Made by a program: the position numbers and the translations under genes
NCBI GenBank assembly: GCA_002633005.1
Contig: NMRA01000073.1
Span: forward strand, 785,036-849,035
Length of the DNA stretch: 64,000 nt
Direction: 5' to 3'
Source: Phoronis australis
Taxonomy: Eukaryota > Animalia > Phoronida
Notes under the pieces: generated by a model
Databases searched by the model: none
What the model saw: the letters and a program-made list of their open reading frames with translations, nothing else
Told to the model about the DNA's origin: nothing
Shown: positions 25,266-35,600 of the stretch, in pieces
Layout: every line of letters starts with the position of its first letter
Position numbering within the stretch: the first letter of the stretch is position 1

Positions 25266-26965
25266 TTTCAGCTTACAACACACTAAACAATCCCTAAATC
25301 CAACGTAGTTGAGTTCTGTACTAAACTATCTTGCCGCAGAATACTCGCCGATGGAAAGTGGTGGCGACAATTGTTGAAAAACAGCACAAAACAAAAGTAG
25401 AATAGAATAGATTCGCACGGTAAAGTCAACGCAAAACCAAGTGGCGGGAAACGCTTGCCTCCTAAAACGTCACTTCCGGAGTAGCGGACGAGTAATTAAT
25501 AAAATTACGAAAAGCTGTAATTAAGTGGAAAATATGTCTAGGATAACCAACCCACCTTATTTTAGCTCAAAATGACATGGAAAAAGGTTGCCTTCGCCTT
25601 TAAGCCATAGTGGCGCCATCGTGGGTTGTGCGATTTCCCGTACAAGCTTATACAGACACTGGTTGCCATTTGGGTTTTTTGCTGAGAGGATTCATGAAAT
25701 TACTTTACTAAAAACCATAAATGTAGGGATAAAATTAACGCGCTTTGGAGACCCTTGAACCCTTCTTACCTTACCAAAACGAATTTGTACATGTATATGC
25801 TGGCTGCTTACATAAGGTTGAGTATCGCTCGCCGTGTCAACGTCGCAGCCAACTATTCACAGTTCTTAGTAACGCATTGTGGATCTCTAACTGATTACAA
25901 ATCTGTGTCAGCGGATTGACAATTCATAATTTCGCATTGCGAGTTCGTAGTAACAGATTGCAAATTAGTAACTGGTAATGCATGAATGTATCGCGCTTCC
26001 GCTATAACTGCGGATTAAGACCCGCGGACTTAAAGGGACCTAGGAACGCTAAGTTACGCCCGGACCCACACGTCCAAGCAATGACGTTGTCATGCCTTTT
26101 TCGGCTACGCAGAGTAATTCCATCGAAAATTGTGTTCAGATTTCGTTAGGGCATCGTAATGTGTAGTAAAGTTATTTTTCTGTTATGGTAATAATGAGGT
26201 GATCGTTCTCAGAGGAGTTTTATACCAGCATTTTATTATATGGGAGCATATTGCAGCTGTGAGTGTCCAACTGTGCAACGTTTGTCTTGCCTTTCTTCTG
26301 TGGAGGAACACGTCGAATGAAGACCGCGTTCAAACAATGCGTGAGCAGATACTGAGATAGTCATTTGCAACATTACAAAACTACCGGACGAGTCTTATCT
26401 TTGGCAAGAACGAAACGCAGTTTTGCACCTGGCTCACCACAACGCCAGTACCAAGGAGAACAGTACTTAGATCTTGAAGTGACGGGCAGGTCAGCCAAAC
26501 ACTGCATTGTAGAGTTCAGCGCCAGTCGCATATGTCCGAAATACTGGAGTGCTTACAGTACTTACTTACCTAAACATTATTCAAATAATAATAATAATAA
26601 TATAATAATAGAAACATTACTTGCTTAAAGCGGCAATAAACCCGTGTTTTCTTTCAAAAAGTTTTTATTTAGGTAACCTATCGTGATGATACTGTTTTCA
26701 AATTTTTTCTTAGTCAAAATATGAGGTGATACCCGGTGAGGAGGAATTTGTATTAGGCCTATAGCTGTGTGGAGTGTATGCCCGTTTGTTGCTCTTCTAC
26801 CTACACGTTTTTATGACCTAAATTTTGCACTGTCACAACCGTAAGTAAAAGCATATTTAGTTGTCTACCCAAACAAAAATGGACGTTATGCGACGGAAAT
26901 GTACATATCTAGTCGTTCATATGCGGTCGTAACAAATGACTGGATGCACGAGAGCCCGTCTGGAC

Positions 26966-27129
26966 CAGTGGCGGATTTAGAGAGGGGCCAAGGGGGCCAT
27001 GCCCCCCCTTAAATTCTCCCAGATTTCATTTGACTGTTCGGGGGTGTGAATGTCTGGGGGGCAAAATCCTGGCTAATACTATGCCCTGGCACCCCCCCCC
27101 CCTAACCCAAAATCCTGGATCCGCTCCTG
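26966..27129 (+). mobile_element. MITE, CAGTGGCGGAT-terminal family, perfect 5-bp TSD
   Basis: TGGAC|CAGTGGCGGATTTAG ... CTGGATCCGCTCCTG|TGGAC. Confidence 0.85.
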
Positions 27130-28058
27130 TGGACAGAGTTATTTTCGCTCTTGTAGTTACTATAATTATCAAATCAACACGACTTACGAGTGGGGCGGAG
27201 TGTCTGATTTTTATGTATACATGTACAAATACCAGTATTGTAAAAAGTCGGCGATGATCATTCGTGTCAGTACAAAATGGATGCTGATTTCAGTCTCTCT
27301 AGCAAGCACGTAATACCATGATAAAAAGGATGGAGTACGGACGAACAGTGCACCTTGGAGCAACAACGAAATATGCAGTACATGCAAAATAATTGGAATC
27401 TGAAACAACGCCTTTGACTGTAACAAGGTAACGACTACTCCATTATCGTATCGTTAAATTTAACTACCGAAGACGACTTCTGAACCGAACGATGAACCTT
27501 GAAATACAGTTGTTCGATTTCACATAAAGACATATCATTTTGTATAAAGAAAACGGCAATCGTGATTTTCAGGAAGATTTACTTTATGTTTCAAGTATAC
27601 AGTATTTAATGCAACAAATTACAACCAATAATTGTGGCCTTCTACAAGTTTGGTGAAGACGACTGTTGACTTAAGGCTTAGTATCTGGCCAATGGGCTAT
27701 ATCCAGAAAAGAAGGCGCATTGGCCTGCCTGGATTTATTGATTAGATAACGTTAATTAAAGGCAGGAATCACCTGAAGTTGATGTTATTGAGAATGATGG
27801 AGAACGCCTTCGGCACTAATGTCTTACCGGTACTTTCTAAATATATGATCGACCACATATCTTGTTTTTGACTTTGGGTGTTTATGTTCGTTACATTTCT
27901 TGTAGAGAGTTGCTTATTGACATAGCTCTAATGTCAGTCTGTTTCAAGTATTTACTCTTCGTGTAGTTTCGCTAGCATGATCGTTTCTAGTGCAGTATTA
28001 AAAAGGGTAATGTCCCAGTGTAATTAATTTTTCATCTTGTAAGACGTCTCTCCTTTTG

Positions 28059-29288
28059 TCATTCTTCTGCCTCATTGTCAAGATCGCCTGGTCGAACTGT
28101 CACTGGTGTTGACAACAATGAATTGGTATCGTTCCTCAGTGTCTGTTTTGTCCCGTTTGCCTGTCTGTTGTAGTCGATGTAGTCGTCAAGAAAGCTTGCA
28201 ACCCTGGGAACAGCACATGTGCTTGTGTTGAGCACGTGCGCCCAGAAGTCACTGACATGACACCTGTTGGGCTCGTTTTCCTGTACGTTCAATAGACCAA
28301 CAGTTGTGGCAGCCTTCAACAGCATTGACTCAGCTTTCGTCCGCATCAAATTCAGTATCTCAGCCTGTCTCAATCTATCGAGGATTACCATGGTGTTGTA
28401 TGGTAGGATAAGAGCTAGCATCAGTTCGCTTAGTGTGCAGACAAGAGCATCGAAATGGCTGTAGAAGTGGCCTCGGAAATCGTAAAAAACGAGGCCACTT
28501 ACAAGCATCATAAATACTACCATAGTTGGAATGTAGCACAACACTATCACACGACATAGAAATTCTGCTGGACACTGGCCATCAAGCACCATGTGCCAAT
28601 CTTCTTGGTAGCAGCTTTTCAGGAAAACCGTTGGCAATTGTTTAAATTGAAGGACACCGTGGCGTAAAATTGACATTGCTTGCATGAACAGATCAACACC
28701 AACTCCATATTTACAGCTTAGTTTCTCCAAACTCTCCCTGAAGTCGTTGTATACTACAGATGACGTTTGACTGTACACCACAGGTTCATTGTCTTCCACG
28801 TTGTCGTAGTCGTTGTCTTCATCGTCGTCCGTTACGTCAAAGTTGTCCAAGTGAGTGCCACTGTCTGTTATATAAAGACAGTCCGAATCTATGTCTGATT
28901 CGTCTGTTATATCGCTGTGATTTGAATTCTTATTTGGACTCTCCTCTTCCTGGAAGATTGTGCTCGGAAATATTGAATACCTGTCTCCATTTGGAAGACT
29001 AGTAAGGTACTGGTAGTTATAACCGTGCTGTACCATTCCGTAGGGTGAGAAGGAGCTTACTGCTGGCGACACGTGCATAACAGGCACGTGCCTACCAGGA
29101 GGCGCTGTGTGAAGATGGCGTCCGGTGGGGATGAATACCGCGCTGTCTGGATTTAATCGAGACACAACGACGTCAGTAGACCGTATGTATGAAAGTGAGC
29201 AATCGGTCTGAGTTAGCTTAGATTCCAGTGTAGTTGGTCTGATGAGTGTAGGCACATGTACAAACTCTGCTTGAACACATTTTTCTTT
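28059..29288 (-). CDS. RING gene last exon (409 aa plus stop)
   Basis: Acceptor tttcttttccag|AAA lies within the 435-aa ORF 29366-28059, and phase 0 matches the upstream donor. Confidence 0.8.
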   Translation of the reverse strand, partial: KEKCVQAEFVHVPTLIRPTTLESKLTQTDCSLSYIRSTDVVVSRLNPDSAVFIPTGRHLHTAPPGRHVPVMHVSPAVSSFSPYGMVQHGYNYQYLTSLPNGDRYSIFPSTIFQEEESPNKNSNHSDITDESDIDSDCLYITDSGTHLDNFDVTDDDEDNDYDNVEDNEPVVYSQTSSVVYNDFRESLEKLSCKYGVGVDLFMQAMSILRHGVLQFKQLPTVFLKSCYQEDWHMVLDGQCPAEFLCRVIVLCYIPTMVVFMMLVSGLVFYDFRGHFYSHFDALVCTLSELMLALILPYNTMVILDRLRQAEILNLMRTKAESMLLKAATTVGLLNVQENEPNRCHVSDFWAHVLNTSTCAVPRVASFLDDYIDYNRQANGTKQTLRNDTNSLLSTPVTVRPGDLDNEAEE

Positions 29289-30613
29289 CTGGAAAAGAAA
29301 CCAATAGCCTACTAACTTGTACACGATAACCAACGCTTTTTGGAGAACACACTGAATATTGGACAAATGTATAACATAGCTTTAAGACGTGCGTGTAATT
29401 AATTATAAATTTAAAAAAAGTATCCGGGTGTAAGTGTATTTAGACATACTTTGCGGCGGATAACGACAATATGACTGACATAGACCCCACCTTTGATACA
29501 TAGCTTGAAACGGACAGAGTTCACACCTGTATGTCAGATGGCTGATTGACAGGTTGTTCTTTGCTGCCTAGCCATCCCTCCACAATACCTCGGAGGGTAA
29601 GGTTTCGCGTACAACGTGCGAAGAAATTCTTAGCCAAAACGGACTTTCTGCAGACGGGACACCAAAACTTCAGCTTCTGAGCAGACACGTTAGGCCGGTT
29701 GATCTGTGTGTGTTCAATGATATTCTTTACACACCTAGAGAATATTAGATGTTGAGACAGAAGCGATTTTATTGCAGCAAGATTTCTTCAAAGAATTTGG
29801 TAAAGACATCAACATTGTATTTTATTTCACAATACGACAAAATCGTTAGGTATGGATTATTATTATGAATAATCCGCTCGACAAGGTGCAAAGTGCTCAG
29901 TTATTTTTGCGTAGCTAGGAACATCGCCGCCCGAAGGAGACATAAGATATTTGTCCGTCATTGCGCCCATTTGTGGCGCCTTCTTCCAGGTCGCTTTCCT
30001 TCTCCATCTGCTATGTGTACCGTACTTGTCGGAACACCCTCCCCCACCCACGTCGCTGATATTCATGTTCATGAATCGGTTCATACGCAACAAATATGTT
30101 GAAAGTTAGACACTACCAAGTCTTTTAAAAAGTCACTTTGTGGTGTCCTACAACGCCCCATGAGTGCACGACCATGTGTATCGAGCTGGTATGATGTGTT
30201 ATGACATGGGTAACTACTAGAATTTGCTGGAAGTGGCATACCTTGATTTCTGACACAAGATCAGTTTTAAAATAGATATTGCGTAATTTGGGTACTTGCT
30301 TATTGCAAAATGTGTGTCCACAAGGCAGTATGCAGGGCTCGACGAAATAGTCCAGACAAACGGAACATTTCAAATCTTTACTCCAATGGTCGTTGCCTAG
30401 GTCAATGGACTGAGTCGACCGTGTAGAGAGGTCTGACATGGAGACTTTGTTGCTGATGTCAAACGCGTCTTCTGCATGACCTTCTGTGTTGCTATGTGGA
30501 AACTCGTCCTCGTTTGCGAGCTGCAGTGCACGCGTGCTTGAACCACTTTCTGAAAATGCAGAAAAAAGCGCTTGCTGTTGTGTTAACAGTGATTGTAAGC
30601 TTATATTAAACAT
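28059..30613 (-). CDS. Three-coding-exon RING-HC protein with a PAM2-like motif and two hydrophobic segments (about 583 aa, putative E3 ligase)
   Basis: Joining 30613-30300, 29734-29527 and 29288-28059 gives an open frame. The RING reads CSVCLDYFVEPCILPCGHTFCNK|CVK...WCPVCR, followed by NLTLRGIVE. Also SRLNPDSAVFIP, an Asp-rich tract, and hydrophobic VIVLCYIPTMVVFMMLVSGLVFY and ALVCTLSELMLALILPY. Confidence 0.75.
29527..29734 (-). CDS. RING gene middle exon (completes the RING finger; not in the ORF track)
   Basis: Acceptor ttctctag|G, donor ATACAG|gtgtga. Encodes CVKNIIEH..KFWCPVCRK..RNLTLRGIVEGW. Confidence 0.8.
30300..30613 (-). CDS. RING gene first coding exon (N-terminal half of the RING finger)
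   Basis: ATG at 30613, encodes LKCSVCLDYFVEPCILPCGHTFCN and ends at a GC donor AATAA|gcaagt. Confidence 0.75.
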
Positions 30614-31903
30614 TTGGAGTGCTCACGTAAGCTCATTTTGTAGTCCTGTCTATAACACGTCTAGCACGCGTACGCAAAACTCCTTGAGTCACTTGTTTAT
30701 TTTTATCCTAGAAGATTAACAAACTGCAGCACTGAAAATTGAAAGTAGCGTTGTTTTGCTGTGACGCATGAACGAAATCCACAACTTGAAAATTAAGGTC
30801 AGTTAGTTGTAAGAGCAACTTTGCAGCTCATTTACCGTCCTCGCCAGTAGGTCTTTGTCGTGTTGGAATTGAAACGCGCCTGCGATCTGCAGAAGTGGGA
30901 GAGGGGTCAGGTGAGAAGCGGTCCTCTGGAGCATTAGAGAAAAGGTTGTTAGTCAACCCGCTGGTTCTGCCCACCGACTGGTCGTTGGCGGCATGATTTG
31001 TTGACATAGCGCCTACAGAATTGCCAACTTCTGACTGGCTGCTCAGGAGTCCATTTTGCCAGGCAAGCGACAAGTTGACTCTGGTGTATTATGGGAACGG
31101 TTCTGTTACGTCACCGTTGTGTTGGCTTCACAAGGAAATTAAGCGTTTCTTGGCGAATAGCTGTATTCAACCAACAGATGTGAGGTGGTTGTCAGTCTTC
31201 GTAAAATCCTTTCAAATTTCATTGTTATGTTCTTAACTATTTATTTTCAGTATACATTTGATATTTTCTGAAACTTCGTCGAACACATCCTTCAAAATAA
31301 AGCGCAGTTGTTTATTACTGATTATATTACATGACGGTCATTTTTTGTAAAAATTCTCATTTTTCCTTTGAGCATAAATTATTACAAACCTAAATTGCAG
31401 GCGACAACTTGTTTAAAATACAGAGGACTTGTGGTGACTATCTCTTCTTTCACACGTGTTAGTTTGCAGTGCGCACGAAGACCTTCGCTTTTGCCGTTCT
31501 CTTACAACATCCTAAGTCGAATCTCTCAAGAGAACTCCTGATACTTTGCCTCTAAAGTTCGTCCACCATGCTCTCAAGCGTCACAATTTACTATCCAGTC
31601 TGTAACGCATCTGACAATGTACTATCTTGCATATGTTATACTTTTGGGCCTATGTATACATTTCAATAACGAATGCGACCATACAATAGCACTCCACAGG
31701 CACGCTAATACCAAAAGAAGCACATCTGTCCATTGCCTTGGTTACGTTACATTTATTTCAATATTTAATTGGATACAGTTGTGACGATATCACTGAGGAA
31801 GTTCTTTCCAGAAATGTAGAGCCTGACGAGGTATATGCATAGCCTCTGTGTTAATCTTGATACACATGCATTAATTTGCAGGAATTGTTTGTTTATGTCT
31901 TGG

Positions 31904-32667
31904 TCATGCCATAGCATTTGTTTTTTTGTCCACACCATTAGAGTTGATTTCCATTAAAGACACTCTTTCCGGTTCATTTTCATCATTGTCGTCGCTCTTC
32001 TCTTCTCTAGATTTCTCTTGAAAACACTTAAAAATGTCAAACTTGGAATTCAGCTGCTTCTTTAGGAAAAGAAAATTGAACAAAATGGAAACGTGAATTA
32101 TAGTGAGTAAACTTATTAGCATGCTCAGTGTTTTGAACGGGAACAGTTGCTTCTCCAACTGGTCACTGAAGAAAGGATACTTCAGTATGGGAGAGAAGCT
32201 AATCAGAGGCTCTCCCCCTAGCAATCGGAAGAGAAAACCCAATATGTAGCCGGCGATAGACCCGTAAGAATTAGTGAACTTAAGGTATACAACGCAGACA
32301 AGTTGTGGAAATAAGATTACATAAACCAAATCAGCGCAAAGGTAGAATAACCCGTATATCGATTGGACAGTGATGCCAATTACTGCGGCAATTGCTGCAA
32401 CGAAGACAACGGACACGCGCATAACCCAGATGATTTCGCGGTTAGATGCACGAGGCCTAATAACATTCTTGTAGACATTTTCCGCGAACATGGTACTAGA
32501 CGACAATGCAGAGGAATCTGCTGATGACATCACTGCGGCGGAAACGGCGCCTAATCCGATGAACGCCACTGCTTGCGGGCACAGGTATTGTAGAACGATT
32601 GGTAGCACAAGTTTAGAGTCAGCGCCTTCTATTGGAATAGTCCCAGGGTATGTTGTGTTGCTCCAAT
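31904..32667 (-). CDS. SLC5A7: SLC5A7 last coding exon
   Basis: [37 protein letters not shown]..to TGA; acceptor ttccag|. Confidence 0.95.
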
Positions 32668-35600
32668 CTGGAAAGTAAACGCTGTTGTACTTGAAAACTA
32701 ATTAGTGTATTTACAATTATTGGTTATCGCGACGATCGTTTCAAAGCTACTACGCGAGTACGTTTTAAAAAGATACAAACCCGCCTCCCATTCAGTAACG
32801 CTAGGACCTAGCTTAAAAGCAAGACTTTGCGAGATTACGCGAGATATTGCCGTGTATTTTAAATAAGAGCACGTGACCTTGACTAGCTTTTGGCTAGGTC
32901 CTAGCGTAGGTCCTAGCGTCTACTGAACGCACGCCCGGTTTTGGCAAATGAACAGATACTAAAAACGACTTTCCCATCCAGTTCTATGGAACAAAATAAG
33001 GCTCTGTAATCCTCGAAAACTCTCACAAGTTTGAAAATTTGAAAACACCTTTCAAAGTCTTCTAAACGGGTTAGCGTGACTTGGCAACTATGGGGAAAAG
33101 ACAACCCACCAAGGATAATAATGTCTAACCTGGGCGAATTTTTATTTGATTCCTGCTTTTAATTTGGAAGATAGACGCCAATGATGCATTGCCAGGTATA
33201 TAACGAGTGTTGGTGGAAATCTTCAAAACAGGGTTTAGTTTCCTTTTAACATTTGCCATACATGTAGCAATGCACTCAAGGACACACTGTACAGCGCTAA
33301 AATATGCAACCTGTTATTACCTGCAGTTTTAGCAGCTACCCCTAGAATCACACACGGCACTGCCAGGAAGAAACATCCCGCACCACCGACGAAGGACAAC
33401 ACCTGCGCACGATGAGAGCTCTTAGCGGACAGTACTCTTTGAAAATAGGCCTGCGAAAAATAGTACTTGGATAAAATTCACAAACTAGAGCGTGTAAGGA
33501 CACGAACAGGAGGTATGGGGCCAAATAGAAAATATCAGAAATACTTTCTAGGATCTAATCCGTAGTTGAAGCCATAACTTTAGTATTCACGAAATCCCGT
33601 CATTTCATTAATAAATTTTATTTCTCGAATTTTGATAGTAAAATATGGTTTGCATGCTTTCCAAGTCTTCCATATTCTCACTCAGAAATAGGGTTAGAAG
33701 TAGGAATATCGCAAACACATCAAGTTTGATTAGGTGCTTCGTTTGTATATGGCGTCGTGTTGCGTTTTCGCGAGGTTTTCAAGTCTACGCAGCGTGTTCA
33801 AGGACGTTCCCATTAACAGAAAATAGAACTGGGTACAATTCAGTAGCTGTCTCGCGGCTAGAAAGATCGAGCCAAAATCACGTGTTCTCATTTAAAATAC
33901 ACGGCAATATCTTCCGTAATATCGCTGAGTGTCAGTGTTGCTTTTCTAGAGAGGTCCTGGCGAGGTTCTAGGGTTACAGAACTCAACCCTGCTCTCTTAC
34001 AAGAACTAATGACAAAAACGCGTAATGGCTAGTGGGGTTGAAATGGAAATGCTGCGTTTTTTGAGATTTCACACCTCAATTTAACAATCGCTTTCAGTTG
34101 CTTATCACAAGTGAGATCATAGCTTCGTCGGAATAGCGAAACTCCTGGAGGAATTAATACGCTTTATATTAGAGTTCGCCAACTTTGTAAACGTAAAATT
34201 TGACAAACTGGAATCATAAAGGTACACATACTTGCCACGGAACTCCGCCGCACATAAGCAAAAATGCGTTGTCCAGCCAAATGCCCACTTCGTATGAATC
34301 CAAGGTTCCAAGCCAGTTTGAGCCCGTTATGTTGTCGGACGAAGGCACAAGACTGCCCACTGCCGGATGAGTCAAGGCGAATGGCACTGAGAGCCACTGT
34401 GAAATTTTACAAATTACGAGATTATACGATCTGGAGTGGTGAGCGAACTCATACCACGTGGTGAAACCCTTACCACGTGGTGAAACCCTTGCCACGTGGT
34501 GGAACTATTACCACGTGGTGGAACCCTTACCGCGTGGCGAAACCCATACCACGTGGTGAAACCCTTACCACGTGGTGAAACTCTTACCAAGGCAGCGGAA
34601 ACCTTAGAAGTTATTAGTGTTGTCCAACGCTAATGAATTCAAAAATGGCGCGTAAACTACCTATGCGTATTGCTTGCCGACTCATTCGATCACAATTCAA
34701 GATCGGATGAACGTGGTAATGAATCTAAAAGGCTTTAAAACGCCAAAGCACTTAGGTTAAGAATTCAACACATTGGTAGCTAAACAGGGCTAATGCAGCT
34801 TTAAACCTTTGAAACAACACAATCTGCCACAATTCTGAAATACTTTCCAACTATGTCAGTGGCGTCTCAAGGAAATGAGATTGCACTCATACTTGTATCT
34901 CCCAACGTTTTAAATATATACACATTTAGAAATCATAGACCACGAATAGCTTCAAGACTACATTTGACTCATCAGTTAATGTTGCAGCATGTGCCGAAAA
35001 GGTATCTAGTGCAGTCAAAAACGGACTTAATTAAGTTAAGAACCAAGTGCACATTTAACTTTGTGTTCGTGTGACGATCTTTTTCAGAAATTTCGTCTCC
35101 GGTTTAACTCAGCCCGAATTTACCTCTTAACATAGATAAACTTTTGGTTTCAAGATTTAAGCCACTTTTCAGGAGACTCGCGCCCGGATTGGCATCTAGA
35201 GAGGATTACAAATCATGACCTTGTTTTATTAAACATTAACGGATCTAGTTACATGTATATTCATTAACAATCAAACACGTGATTAAGAATAGCTTTCAGT
35301 ATACCAAGGCAGCTAATACTTAGCATGGTACTCACAAGCCCTATAAAAATGCAGACCAGTTGGACGATATCCGTATAGGCGACTGAATAGAGACCTCCGA
35401 ACAATGTGTAAAATGCAGCTATGCAAGCGGACACGATGATGGCCGTTGTGTTATCCAGGCCGATTATAACGGACAATGTGGCGCCTGAAGTCAAACCGGA
35501 TATGGAACTTAGTGAATACATTGTGGCCCAAATGTAATGCTTTCTAGCGCTCTTTAGGCTTAACTCTTATTGTATTTTCGTAGTAATAAACACAAAAAAC

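Larger units (their letters stand above)
23922..25599 (+). mobile_element. Internally deleted Kolobok-type DNA transposon (1678 bp, TTAA TSD, about 150-bp TIRs)
   Basis: TTAA at 23918-23921 and 25600-25603. Termini are AGGCGAAGGCAACCTTTTTCCATG...CATGGAAAAAGGTTGCCTTCGCCT. It contains a THAP ORF and a convergent Cys-rich ORF but no DDE core. Confidence 0.9.

Noticed and set aside
23918-25603. piggyBac or P-element classification
   Set aside because: piggyBac ends are typically CC..GG and lack THAP, and P elements make 7-8 bp TSDs. TTAA with AG..CT ends, THAP and a convergent second gene fits Kolobok.
28059-29366. 435-aa ORF as a stand-alone or viral gene
   Set aside because: It starts at a TTG and contains a strong in-frame splice acceptor at 29288, so it is better explained as the last exon of the RING gene.
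34453-34585. CRISPR-like array of palindromic repeats
   Set aside because: The units are head-to-tail without unique spacers, lie in a eukaryotic intron, and there are no cas genes.
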